Assembly (NCBI GenBank): GCA_951406725.2
Contig: OX597824.1
Span: forward strand, 6,696,001 to 6,760,000
From: Octopus vulgaris
Lineage: Eukaryota
Direction of reading: 5' to 3'
Length of the DNA stretch: 64,000 bases
The notes under the pieces are model-generated. The model ran no database searches and had not been told where the DNA came from. It saw only the letters and a list, made by a program, of their open reading frames with translations. The position numbers and the translations under genes are program-made. Of this stretch, positions 40,011 to 53,050 are shown in pieces. Every line of letters begins with the position of its first letter. Within the stretch, counting starts at the first letter, position 1.

Positions 40011-40639
40011 ACCATACCTGGCCTAGCAGTCAGAAAATACATGAACAGGCTATGACAGTTTATGACAGCTAGAAACATTTCATGAAATGAGGTGTTATAA
40101 GGTAGTGAAATGGCAGACTTGTTAGAGAGTCAGGCAGACAGTCTTATGGTATTTGATCTGATAGTGCATGATTTGAGTTCAAATCCTGCTGAGGTCAACT
40201 TTAATTTCCATCTTTTCGGTCATCTTTATTATTGTCTTAATGTCCACTTTTCCAGGACAAACATGGATTGGATGGAATTTGTTGAGGAGTATCTTCTATG
40301 GGTGGATGCTCTTCCTGTTACCAACTCACCTGTTTCCAGGTAAGGTAATATCTCTCCATGACTAGATGTGTTTTCTCAGAATGTGGAAGTGAAGGACACC
40401 ACTTCCATCTGCCGTGGATGGTGACACTTGTTCACATCTATCATATAATGTCAGAGACAGTAACACATACGTGCACACACACACACAATGTGCTTCTTTG
40501 GGTTTCTATCAACTAAAACCAACTACAAAAACCTTGGCTGGTTCAGGGCTGTAGTAGAAAACACATGCCCCAGAAACCATGTGGTTGGATAGCACATGAA
40601 CCAGGAACCATGTGGTAGGATAGCAAGTATTTTTTTCTC

Positions 40640-40870
40640 TTTAATACCCACAGGGGGCTAAACACGAGGGGGGGGACAAACAAGGACAGACAAATGGATT
40701 AAGTCAATTATATCTACCCCAGTGCGTAACTGGTACTTGTTTAATCGACCCCGAAAGGATGAAAGGCAAAGTCGATCCCAGTGGAATTTGAACTCAGAAT
40801 GTAACGGCAGACGAAATACCGCTCAGCATTTTGCCCCGCGTGCTAATGCTTCTTCCAGCTCACTGCCTAG
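40640..40870 (-). mobile_element. SINE family B
   Basis: Consensus match to 4878-5110. Confidence 0.8.
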
Positions 40871-41449
40871 AATGCATTTAGCTGAGTCCATTCTGTTGCC
40901 AAGAATTCAGTCAAGGTTTCTGGTTTGAGAGTACCTTCCTGCTTGCTTCCCATCAGCCACAGAGCCCTAGTAAAAGGTCAAGGGCATAACTCTCCCATCT
41001 GACTATCAGATAATAAATAAGAAAAAAAAAAAAGTGGGGAGCAGCAGATTTAATACAACTTAAGAACTAAATGGAAGGAAATGATATAGTGAAAATTGAA
41101 ACAAAATTCAATTCCTTATAAATTTAATTCTTATACAATTTCTATTACATTCAATTCCCATTTAATTCCCATGAAATCCAAACGTTAATTTCTATTAAAT
41201 AAAAGGAGAAATAAAATACAAAAGCAAACAAAAAAATAAATGAAACTTATCATAAACACTTTTTCAGTTTCACCTCTTGCAAACGTTCTGGTTTTAAGAA
41301 ATATATTTTGACAAAACATTTTATAAAATATAAAACAAAGACTCAAGCAGTTTCATATGACCAACAATAAAAGAAAAGAGAGAGAAAACTTTTGATGACT
41401 GTCTGTTCTGAATGTTGATAGAATATAGAAGCCATATTATGAGAATATG

Positions 41450-41852
41450 TCATACACACACACAGACACACTTACATATATATATATATATCTATCTATA
41501 TATATATATATATATATACACACACAAATACATATATACACACACATACACCGATGTACTTGTATATGTATGTATATACATTTATATGTACATACACGTA
41601 CATATATATATGTATATACACACATATATATATACATATATGTATATGTATGTATATACACATATATATATGCATATATGTGTATACATATATATGTATG
41701 CATATATGTGTATACATATATATGTATGTATATATACAAATATATACATATATATATGTATATATAAATATAAATATATACATATATGCCTATGTATATA
41801 TACATAGGCATATATGTATACATGTATGAATATAAATATATTTGTATGTATA

Positions 41853-41895
<43 letters not shown>

Positions 41896-41920
41896 GTATG
41901 TGTGTGTGTGTGCAGAGAGA
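41450..41920. repeat. Compound (TA)n/(TG)n microsatellite
   Basis: Direct observation. Confidence 0.9.
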
Positions 41921-42297
41921 GAGAAGGGGGAGGGAGAGGGAAAGAGAGATTACTTTTGTTTTACATCCATTTCAACAGCTTAACAAGGAAAGGGTGGAAT
42001 TTGCAATATAAGACATCTCCATATAGTTGGAAAAATTGATTCTGCAGATGAATGGCATTCCCCTTGTTTTAGATGTGTGTGTGTGCATGTGTGTGTGTGA
42101 AAGTGTATTCACCTCTGCCCCCCTCTATATCCATCTATCTCATTTCATATACAAATATATATATATATATATATATACCTTTATAATAAGAAGTAAATAG
42201 GATTTTAAAATCCAGGAAGATCGCTAAATATGCCAACACAACAGGAACAATTGTTGGTATTGTATGATGCAATCAGCAATTAAAGATGTAATTTTCT

Positions 42298-42335
<38 letters not shown>

Positions 42336-42389
42336 ATAATATAAAAAGTGATAACAAAATAGTGAGACCTCGATATTAGAGAAATAGAG

Positions 42390-42617
42390 GCACGTTGCTC
42401 CAGTTCACTCAGCTGTAGAAATGAGTTGCGACGTCACTGGTGCCAAGCTGTATCGACCTTTGTCTTTCCCTTGGATAACACTGGTGGGGTGGAGAGGGGA
42501 GGCTGGTATGCATGGGCGACTGCTGGTCTTCCATAAACAACCGTGCCCGGACTTGTGTCTAGGAGGGTAACTTCCTAGGTGCAATCCCATGGTCATTCAT
42601 GACCGAAGGGGGTCTTT
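42390..42617 (+). mobile_element. 5'-truncated SINE body
   Basis: Starts with GTTGCTCCAGTTCACTCAGCTG, shared with the SINE at ~5945; ends in (TA)n. Confidence 0.55.
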
Positions 42618-43107
42618 ATATATATATATATATATATACAGATGTTATAATTTAGAACAAACAGTAAAGGTTGTCATTATAGTACTCGGAGTTTCAAATG
42701 TCAGAGCGAAAAGCTTCAATGCATTCTCGGCGGTTATTAACGGCAACAAATGCATACACACCCACACACACACACATACACACGCATACATATATACATA
42801 CATATACATACATATATAGTTCATAGATGAAATCCAGAGATTTTCAGTATGGAAGGCACTTATCAGTGCTCAAAAGATTCCAACTTAGACTTCGATAGTT
42901 TTACAAGGAATCCATTCCATAGGGTAAAGAAAAGTTCAAGCTGAGCGTGCATAAATATAATAAACAAATTAGACACATCAAATATATTCAATATATTAAA
43001 TACATCAAATACAAAATATGTCCGACTACCTCTGTCTAGCATTCACCATGATTGGTCGCTAGCCACTAAACCTTTTTTATTTTCTCTCTGAGTATTTTTC
43101 TGTGTTC

Positions 43108-43143
43108 CTTTCTGTTGAAGAGCTTAGGCTCGAAACATAAAAG
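43108..43143 (+). ncRNA. Degenerate hammerhead-like motif (CUGUUGA)
   Basis: CTTT-CTGTTGA-A-GAGC(TTAG)GCTC-GAA-ACAT-A-AAAG. Confidence 0.5.
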
Positions 43144-43235
43144 ACTTTCTCACTTCCCATGCATTAAACTAATACATCTGTTTGTTGTTTACACACCCGT
43201 CTTCATCTTTTTGTTTAGTTTTCTAAATTACAACT

Positions 43236-43266
<31 letters not shown>

Positions 43267-44817
43267 TATGTATACATGCAAAAGGTGTAAACTTTCAGCT
43301 GATGAATTTATATGTATAAATATATGGATGTTTATATTAATAGGTGCAACTCACACAGAGTTCAAAGGACAGAGAAAATTAAAGGGTTGGAAGAAAGGGG
43401 TTAGAAGTTCAAAAGCTGTTTCTGAGTGGTTGGTGATCCATAATAATGTTGGTAGATTTAGTTCATCACAATATGGGCCGTATGGATGCAATTAACACTG
43501 GATGAGACAAGTCTCCGCCATCAGGATAGAGAGGATCTTACATTTCAGATCTTAATACAGAGAAATTCAAAGATGGAATGATTAAATGTGGAGAGCTAAG
43601 TGTATTAGAGGGATGACTGGAGGAGGGGGGGTTATTAAAACAGGGAATGGTGAGAGGAGAAAAAAATAGTTCAAGAAGAATGAGGGGTTAATAATGAGGC
43701 TACTAAGGTAAGTAGCGTTAGTGGTGGAGAGTAGAAACATGAATAGGCAGGTAGGATAGATAGTATTTAAATGGGAGTGAGTAGTGTTGGGTTTGTTAAA
43801 GTTTAGAGATAACAGGTAAAGAATTATTGGAAATTGAGAGTGAAATAATGATATCGACAGGTTTTACTTAAGAAGAAATAAAGGGGGTAGAGGCTGTGAG
43901 ATCAGTGCAGACATAGTCCCCTTCAGACAGCACTTACTAAACAATGTGAAATGACTGTAGTAAGGATTGAACTCTTGACAGAGCACTTAGTAAACTCAAC
44001 ACAATAACAGAAGAATGAGAATGTAAATGGGATCATCCATTGTTCTGTTTAAGAGATAAAAAGAAAAAAAAAGCAGTATGAACAAAATTCGTAAGATACT
44101 GAAGATGTGTTAAAGTGAAATATATTTACAGAGAACAACGTAACAATGAAGAGATCTTGAAATCCTTTAAGTGGTGATGATGATGATGCTGATGATGGTG
44201 GTGGTGATGCTTGTTAAGCTATGAATAAAAACGACAAAGGTGATACTGAATTAAATGAACATGCTTGTCAAATCTAATGAAAAGATCGTTTCCACGGGTA
44301 ACGACGTGAAACAAAGAAAATCAGTGACACTTAATTTGTAAAGAGATGATGATTGGATAATTCGTATTCAGACATGCAGAAATCGTTGCAAATTGCTAAA
44401 TAAAATCAGGGATGTTCTAAAACACAACACTGCTTATTCATTCCGTATCAGGACAGGTATTTAGTAATTACATAATTATTTTTGACAGTGTATTCCTTAT
44501 GATTTTTACATCTTGTTAGTGCGCACACTGATCGTATCTCAACACACGGTGTGCAGATAAGACGCTTAGCAATCATTTTGACGCTGTTTTCTATCACATT
44601 TTACCATTTAATATATTGCGGAAGAGACGGAATGCCTAATGCTTTCAGTAAGTTCCAGAAACTGTCACGGAAAATATGATGGAGTGGATTTCTTGTTTCT
44701 AATTTGAGTTCAGAAAGGAACTTAAGCTGAGAAAATATATCAGCTAACGAGACGCTCAATAATTTATGCAGATAACCTCTTTGCTGTTGATCGTAATAAT
44801 GTACCTACCAAAATGAA

Positions 44818-45025
44818 GGCAGTGAGCTGGCAGAGTTGCTAGCATGCAGGGCAAAATGCTTTTCGTCTGTTTTTACATTCTGAGTTCAAATTCTGCCAAG
44901 GTGGACTTTGTCTTTCATCCCTTTCAGGGTTGATAAAACAAGTACCAATAGAGCACTGGGGTCGATAAAGTCAACAAGCAGCTTCCCCCTAAATTTCATG
45001 CCTTGTGCCTAGAGTAGAAAGGATT
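44818..45025 (+). mobile_element. SINE family B variant
   Basis: GGCAGTGAGCTGGCAGAG head, GAGTTCAAATTC B box, core. Confidence 0.75.
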
Positions 45026-45149
45026 ATTACAACTAAAGTGTTACCCATCATATGATGGATAACTTTGAAAGAATAATTTTGCCACCAGGCAAGGAAATGC
45101 TCACAGAAATTATAATTTAATTTTCATCATATTTCTTGGTGCTTATACG

Positions 45150-45240
45150 AAATTGTGTTGACAAAAAACAAGATGAGGACAAATATCCATCAAATGTAAA
45201 TAACGTACAATAATTCCTCATCTCTTAAATATACAACTGT
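45150..45240 (+). mobile_element. PLE terminal-repeat 3' fragment
   Basis: Matches 23080-23165 (CAAGATGAGGACAAATATCCATCAAATG). Confidence 0.75.
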
Positions 45241-45369
45241 AACATCTGTGCGTTTGTTTACATCTGAAAGGTGTATAGACTGAAGGAAATTTAGGCTATT
45301 ATTTCTAGCATAAACAGTGACCACACCGAAGTCTCCTTCTCTTATGTCTTCTGCTGATTATTTTTCTTC

Positions 45370-45602
45370 TTAACCTTTTTGTTACCATATTTCTGTTGAG
45401 ATGCTCTGTGTTTCTTTCAATTAATTTTAAATACAACAAAGAATTTAGTAAAATAACTTGGTTATTGTCATTAAGCTAGTGTTAGGAACATAAATTGTGA
45501 CTAAGGATTGGTGGAAGATTTTAATTCAGAAATTATGACAACAAGATATTTGTAGTACAGAGCCAGAGAAGGTTCCAGCTGGGTTGGTAACGAAAGGGTT
45601 AA
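45370..45602 (-). mobile_element. piggyBac-like MITE
   Basis: TTAACC...GGGTTAA; homology to other copies. Confidence 0.8.
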
Positions 45603-45696
45603 ATGTTTGTTCAAAAGAAATATTTATTATGATGAGACTAGGAATTGGACATTGTGTTATTAGTGAGCAGAAACATGAGTGATGGTTAATGTTTTA

Positions 45697-46100
45697 ATCT
45701 TTTACTTGTTTCAGTCATTGGACTGCAGCCATGCTGGAGCAACACCTTGAAGTTCAGTCAAACAAATCAGCTACAGTACTTACTTTTTAAGCATGGTACT
45801 TGTTCTATTGGTTTCATTTTGCTGAACCACTAAGTTACAGGAACATAAACAAACCAACACCAGTTGTCAAGCAGTGGCATGAGGACAAGCACATACAAAA
45901 AGACACACACACGGATACATACACACACAGATACACACACACACATGACAGGCTTCTTTCAGTTTCCATCTACCAAATCTACTCACAAAGCTTTGGTTAG
46001 CCCAAAGCTATAGTAGAAGACACTTGGTCAAGGTGTCACACAGTGGCATGGAACCCAGAACCATGTGGTTGAGAAGCAGACTTTTAACCACACAGCCACA
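45697..46100 (-). mobile_element. SINE family A, diverged
   Basis: Consensus similarity. Confidence 0.7.
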
Positions 46101-47334
46101 TTTTGACATAAAAGTTATTTCAAAAGTCCTCAAGAACAGAATTCGACATGGGAAGAAATGGTAAAGGCTGATCTTCAAGTTATGAACCTCACACGAGGGA
46201 TGGCATGTGCAGATGACAAATGGTGTAACACAATGTTGAATTTGAACTGTACAACCCAATGATGACGATGACAATATTGATAAATGCTGTGGAGGTTCTA
46301 TAGACATCAAAATATTTTGTTACTTTTTGTGTGTTTTGCTTGAGTTTTTTTTTTCTTTTTATTTCTTCTACTACGTCATCAAAAGATTTTAAAAGATTGG
46401 AGAGACTTCTAAGATGGAAAATTTTTAAAACATAGTAGTTTTAAGTTTTGCTATTATCCTGTTCACCAGAGGGTCATTGACTATTTAATTCTGTAGAATG
46501 AGTTTACTTTGTGGTGTTTTGAAGAAATATAATCTATCCTATATACTGATGATAAAGAATACTTTTCTCTTCTGCAAAGTATTAAGTAACTTGTTGACGT
46601 AGATGCTTTTCTTAAATTTCAATAAGTATTGATGTATTAAGGAAATACTTCCATTAAAAAGAGTTCCACAAAGCAGTATGATGTACAAGACGGTAAGAAA
46701 TTGCGGAGAAAAGCAGAAAGAACATTGGGTATAAAGTACGTATAATAAATTGCTGGCAGAGACACAAAGCTGAGATGATATCCTCTCTTTTACAAATTCA
46801 ATGAAGATATCTGGATGAAGAACAGACAAAGTCTGAGAGCAGAAATGCAGACAGGCAGAAGCATTAGTAACAGGAGTTTTTAAGACAACAAAATGCAGCA
46901 TGATGACACACAAAGATTACTGAATGAAAAATTCCTCTTAAAGCAAATGGAATTTTTAGCATGATGACAGACATGGTTCCTCATTGAATGAAAGATTCCC
47001 ATTAAGATAAAGCAGTTTTCAAGTACAGATACAAATGTTCCAGTGAAGGAGAAGTAATTTTATTTCATATAAGTGAATGATATTTCATAAAATAGTTTTT
47101 AGCATTACAGAAGAATTTTAGCCTTTTTAATCTGTAATCTATTCTCCCTAAGATATAGAATTTCAAAGAAAAATGACAGGAGAAAGCCAATCTGAAAATG
47201 GATATAGTGTAGGTTAAACCATAACTGTTTGAATATTCTTATATTTGTAGGTTATTGGACAGTAAATAATTTGCTTTCAAAACTAAAGTGACAGTTCAAA
47301 CAACTAACAACCAGAAAACCTACATATATATATT

Positions 47335-47552
47335 TCTTTATTGCCCACAAGGGGCTAAACACAGAGGAGACAAACAAAGGGATTAAGTCGATTACATCGA
47401 CCCCAGTACATAACTGATACTTATTTAATTGACCCCGAAAGGATGAAAGACAAAGTCGACCGCAACAGAATTTGAACTCAGAACATAATGGCAGATGAAA
47501 TACAGCTAAGTATTTCGCCCGGCATGCTAATGATTCTGCTAGCTCACCGCCT
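47335..47552 (-). mobile_element. SINE family B
   Basis: Consensus match. Confidence 0.8.
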
Positions 47553-47746
47553 TAGAGGCAGAGGTTCTTTTAATATATCAAGAATGACAAGTGACCGAGA
47601 CCTTTGGAGATATACTGTGCCTGAGAAGACCTGGAAAGCCAAGTGAGACCATAACCATGGCTTTCCAAGTCTTCTCAGGCACAGCATATCTCCAAAGGTC
47701 TCGGTCATTTGTCATTCTTGATATGTTAAAAGAACCTCTGCCTCTA
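47553..47746. repeat. 89-bp-arm inverted repeat, 16-nt loop
   Basis: Arms 47553-47641 and 47658-47746; 4 mismatches counted by eye. Confidence 0.92.
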
Positions 47747-48406
47747 GAGGATGTATCATAACTACCAAATGCCAATTGAGACCAGCTCCATGTGAGAAAG
47801 GGGGCTAATCTCAAGAAGCAAGAATTCTCCAAAGATGGTATGACATTAAGGAAAAGGAGAGCCCTATTGTCTGGAGAACACTCATGAGAGGCCCAGTGTC
47901 AGGAGAAGTCATGAAGCCATGAGGATGTGTTTCTGCCTCAGAAGGCATCATCAGCAACACAACTGCCCCACCCTATCTCCATCAGCCAAGGGACGTTAAT
48001 TTATGTAGAAAGAGTAGAACACATTTATGGCCATGGTGATTTGCAGGAATTCAATAAAAATAAGCTATGAGAAATAATTCAGAGAAGCCAGTGGTGGATA
48101 TTTGAACAAAATAAACAAATACAGGTATATCAAATATCATAGAATTAAGTTCTTGATTTATCAAAATTATTCCCACTGTGCATGTGTGTATGTGTGTGTG
48201 TATATACATATGTGGCGGTGTATGTTTGTACACATATATTCGTAAATGTCGGTATGTATATGTGTGCAAATATATATTTGTATGTGTATTTATGTAAAAA
48301 CATAGTATATATACATGTAAAATATACATGCATTTGTGTGTGTATATTATTATTACTATTATTATTATTATCATTCTCAATTAAGACTCTAGCCGCCGCC
48401 GCCATC

Positions 48407-48438
<32 letters not shown>

Positions 48439-48439
48439 T

Positions 48440-48870
48440 ATTATTGCTTTGCCCAGCTTCTAATGCTGGAGATGTACTACGGTGTCAGTTGGTCACTGCC
48501 AGTGAACTAAGGTAACACCTCTTATTCTTCAAGCACCTTCCGGAGTATTCGAGCCATTCCAAGCAGTGCTGTTGTCTGCAAGTGCTCCACCCTTATTGCA
48601 GCACCTATTTCTTCCACATACTTCTCAAGATTTTTGCTCACTGTTCCCAGGGCTCTGACAATTATTGGTACTACAACCATCTTTTTCATCGACCACAACT
48701 GCTTAACTTCCCAAGCTAACCTGTCATACCTATCGACTTTTCTTTCTTTCTTATCACATACCTTGTTGTCAGCTGGGCATGCTATATCTATGATCCAGCA
48801 TAGTATATTTTCTTTCTCAATTAAGACTATGTCCGGCTTCCTATTCTCTATCTCATGGTCGCACTGAATC
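48440..48870 (-). mobile_element. Dong/R4-type RLE 3' end
   Basis: RKPDIVLI...IIDIACP...KVDRYDRL...PIIVRALG...LLGMARILR. Confidence 0.85.
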
Positions 48871-50189
48871 ATCATCACCACCACCACCATCATCATTATT
48901 ATTAACCTATGCCAGCATGGAAAACAGATATTAAAGGATGATAATAATGATGATAATCATCGTGATCATTATCATTGCAATTAATTACAATTGCTATTAA
49001 TTTAAAATGGAAAGAAAGCAGGATGTGATTAGAGGAAGATTTCACTGTTATTTTTAAAAGGTCAAGCAATGACATCTGAATGTGCCGTGTGTCTCATAAA
49101 AGAATTCAACTCAGCTTGGTGAATCCAACAGTTTAGTATCTTTCTCTACCATTAGACATACTACAATAAATGAAATTTTATCTCCTAGAAATAATAAATA
49201 TTCAAGAAAGATGGTTATTGACACTGGTAAATAATGTGCGCATCAATATAAAATCCATTACCGCAATGATTAATAAAAAAAACAACAATATTTTTAAAAA
49301 GGTATTAAAGTAGCGGTAGGTGTTTGTAATGGAGATGGATATACAATTTATGTTGTTTGAGATAAAAACAAGAAACAACAACAACGGGAAAAAACAATCA
49401 ACAACGAGGTAAATGTTTGTGTAAAAGGGAACTGGTTTATGAAAGCAATTTACTGAATAGATAAATGACAGGAACATTTCGGTAGATAGATATTCCTTGT
49501 TGCCGTAAAAGTAATAAGTTGAATGCTAATGAGCTTTGCTGTTTTAGATTTCGGTGAAAATAATGGCACCACTCTTGCCACCACTCTTTTCTCTCCACCA
49601 CCACCACCCGTCTCTACTTCACGAGGAGCATGAAGCAGTGATGTAAATAAGATAGTCAGACTACTTTTATTTACTATTTTTTTGGTAATATTTTAGAACT
49701 GTCGCCAAAATACCTCATTGAATAGATCAGCTCTAAATATGATGTCTGAATTTAAAAACAAAATGAAGATAAAAAGCAAATGTAATTTATTTTTTGCAGG
49801 CGGAGCCATGGAGGGTCCACTCAGACGTCTCATCACCATTAATTCTATCTCTTCCCAAGTTCCACGTTGATCACCGCCCCCACTCAATGTGGGTAATCAT
49901 GTAGCTGATCTACAACAGAAGATCTTCTACTGTGGTCCCGTCCCTCAATCCCTTCTCTCCCAGCATGAAGCTGTCCCTCTCGGAGTTCGTAGTCTTACAA
50001 GTTATTTGGCAACACCTCACTATTACAGGTGGCACACAAAGAGCCCCCAGTACATGCCGTAAAATGTTTGGCACTATGAAGGGCACCCAGCAGTAGAAAC
50101 CATGCCAGAAATCATGCAATGGAGCAAAATGCAGTTCTTGCTAAATCCTGTCAAGCCACCCAACCCCAGTGCGCACCTGGTACTTATTT

Positions 50190-50620
50190 CATCATCATCA
50201 TCATCGTTTAACGTCCGTTTTCCATGCTAGCACAGGTTGGACGGTTCGACCGGGGATCTGGAAAGCCAGGAGGCTGCACCAGGCTCCAGTCTGATCTGGC
50301 AGTGTTTCTACAGCTGGATGCCCTTCCTAACGCCAACCACTCCGTGAGTGTAGTGAATGCTTTTTACATGCCACCAGCACAGAAACCAGTCAAGATGGCA
50401 CTGGCATCGACCACGTATGGATGGTGCTTTTTAGGTGCCACCAGCACAGGTGCCAGGGGAGGCTAGCAATGGCCATGATCAGTTGGTGCATTTTACGTGC
50501 CACCAACACTGAAGCCAGTCAAGGCAGCGCTGGCATCGGCCACGTACGGATGGTGCATTTTACGTGCCACCGACACAGGTATTACAACTACAATTTCCAT
50601 TTGATTTTTTGATGCTGATG
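50190..50620 (-). mobile_element. Retroposon family C
   Basis: Consensus match with subrepeats. Confidence 0.8.
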
Positions 50621-50796
50621 TATTTGACCAAAATGATGAAAGGCTAAACTGACCTCAGCAGAATTTGAACCCAGAATGTAAAGATGGACAAAATGCTACG
50701 AAGCCTTTTGTTTGGCAGGCTAAAGACTGTACCTGCTTGCAACTTTAACAATAATAATAATAATAATTTCTTTTGATAATAATAACAATAATAATA

Positions 50797-51080
50797 GACA
50801 TTTATAATCGTAAAAATAGAAAAGCATAAATCTTACATATGGTTCAAATTCTAATTGTTCTTGACAGCTGTTTCAATACATTAAAAAAACATTATTAATG
50901 CAATAGATACACAATTATTTCATATTTCTCCCCCAATGAAATGAGTAACACATCATATGTTAATTACATAATCATATAATTTCTAATGCTCTTCCTGTCC
51001 TGAAACAGCTGTCAAGAACAATTTGATTATGAATTATAAACAAAATTTACGATTTCTGCTTTTTACTATTCTACAAACGT
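50797..51080. mobile_element. Putative MITE with imperfect terminal inverted repeats
   Basis: AATTGTTCTTGACAGCTGTTTCA (50853-50875) is perfectly inverted at 51001-51023; weaker complementarity extends outward. Confidence 0.55.
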
Positions 51081-51210
51081 TGCTCACAGCTAGCATTTTA
51101 GCTGATACAGTATAGTCACGCAGGTTAATTGTAACAATATTCACTGCATTGTAATAATGCATTGGAATTTAACAATGTGCTTGATTAATTGAGCCCTTAA
51201 ATATTGTAGA

Positions 51211-51603
51211 CTAGCAGTATCGCCCGGCGTTGCTCGGGTTTGTTTCGACCCTTTAAAATTGGAATTTTTGAAAAGTAAAAATTTTGCATTATGTAGCTTG
51301 TTATTCTCTTTAAGTGAACATTTTTCTGGTTGAAATACACCGAAAAATGGCGACACAGCAGTCAAAAAATCGTTAAAAAATAAGGATTTTCAAAGAAAAA
51401 AAGTACATTTTTGATGTAAATAATTTTTGGTGTTAACATGGTCCGATTTGAATTTATTCTTCTACGGAAGGAAGAGCAAGCCTTATTCTATCATACTCTC
51501 AATTTTGGTCAACTTGCGCCGCAGGGTCTCGGAGGAGATAGTGTTAGTTGAAGGCTACCAAACCTGCCATACACAGACAACTTCAGCTTTATATATAGAG
51601 AGA
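51211..51603 (-). mobile_element. Non-autonomous Helitron with intact ends
   Basis: Minus strand reads A|TC...CCCGAGCAACGCCGGG hairpin...CTAG|T. Confidence 0.85.
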
Positions 51604-51979
51604 TATACTTAATGATATTTATGCATCATCTCCATGTGCGTGTGTGTAGTTTAACTGCTCTGAAATAGATGAGGCAACCAAGGAATATAAAAGGAAAACA
51701 ATTCCCTTAAATCAACAAAATAATCCACAGCCGACTGAGCAAAGGGTTTGAGGTATTTCTCCCTGGTGCATACAAGCATTGTTGCCATTGGTCAAAGAGT
51801 ATTGTCCAGCCACTGACACCCTTTAATGGGAAATGTGCTTTTACATACACAGTTTATGAGGAAAGTTTCTCCTCCAAGATAGTTAACATAGCAAAGGTCT
51901 TTCCAGCTTTGAGTGTACACAAACATAGTAAATCTATATGTACACAGCTTAATTTTAAACATCACTGCTTAGAGTGGCT

Positions 51980-52026
<47 letters not shown>

Positions 52027-52035
52027 AATAATAAT

Positions 52036-52464
52036 AATGCTCTTCTCAATACGTGTGATGTACCAGTTAAGACAATCTTTTGCACTTCTTGCAGGGATGG
52101 TAAGCCAGGGATCATTCTCATATAATTTTTCGGTTCCCTTCGTAGGAGCACTAGGAATGATCAAGAAGGGAACCGAAAATTATATGAGAATGATCCCTGG
52201 CTTACCATCCCTGCAAGAAGTGCAAAAGATTGTCTTAACTGGTACATCACACGTATTGAGAAGAGCATTGTCGATGTGAGAACTGTTGCTGCTCATGTAT
52301 TTTAATTTAACTTAAAAAAAAAAAATTTTTTTTAAATGAACGAACTATTGAGTTTGGTTTAATGGCCTACCAATGTATACTATGAGTTTCTTTGCCCTAG
52401 GAGTCGGGAAGACACTCGGCAAGAAATGGAAGCAAATTTGAAAGAAGAAAAAAAAAAAAAAAAA

Positions 52465-52465
<1 letters not shown>
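52036..52465 (+). mobile_element. Dong/R4-type 3' end with fold-back 5' junction
   Basis: VGALGMIKKG...QKIVLTGTSHVLRRALSM*, 3' UTR, poly(A); (TAA)n on both sides. Confidence 0.85.
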
Positions 52466-52494
<29 letters not shown>

Positions 52495-52495
<1 letters not shown>

Positions 52496-53010
52496 TGTGC
52501 AGAATGTGTGAGAAGAGGGTCAAAAACATGACTCACATTGTTAGTATTTGTGAAAGTCTTGCACAGAAAAAGTACAAGTGTAGACACGACAAGGTAGCCC
52601 CAAACCTCCACTGGCTACTATGCCGTAAGTATGGATATAAGTTTACGGGTGCCAGGAGATCAACATATCATCATGAAAAAATAGAAAAGGTTGATGAATA
52701 TGGGGACCTGAGAATTGAGATCGCTAAGATGTGGCAGCTACGAGAGTCGAACATAAAGGTTACCCCTATTGTCATTGGAGCATTGGGTTCAATACCACCC
52801 AATCTGAAAAACAAAAACACCTAAAAACTTTAGAGATACCCTACATTCTAGGTGTACTGCAAAAGTCAGCATTACTTGGTACTGCACACATATTGCGTAA
52901 AGTACCGTCTGTCTGAGGTCCTTGTGGCTTGACAAACAGTACAAACCCCCAGAAGACACAATATCTTCAATCAACAACTTCATGATATTTTATATTGTGT
53001 GCCATCTTCA
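52495..53010 (+). mobile_element. Second Dong/R4-type 3' end, internally deleted
   Basis: CRMC...HIVSIC...RHD...KVDEYGDL...PIVIGALG...ALLGTAHILR. Confidence 0.85.
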
Positions 53011-53016
53011 GTAATG

Positions 53017-53049
<33 letters not shown>

Positions 53050-53050
53050 G

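Noticed and set aside
46539-46913. 124-aa minus-strand ORF (also 49202-49477)
   Set aside because: Composition typical of AT-rich non-coding DNA; no motif recognised.
49800-49892. Plus-strand exon-like segment (tttttgcag...TGG|gtaatc)
   Set aside because: No recognisable protein or partner exon; chance splice signals are likely.
52999-53050. N-terminus MPSSVMIIII of the 526-aa ORF
   Set aside because: Read-through of flanking (TAA)n; the element starts at ~53051.
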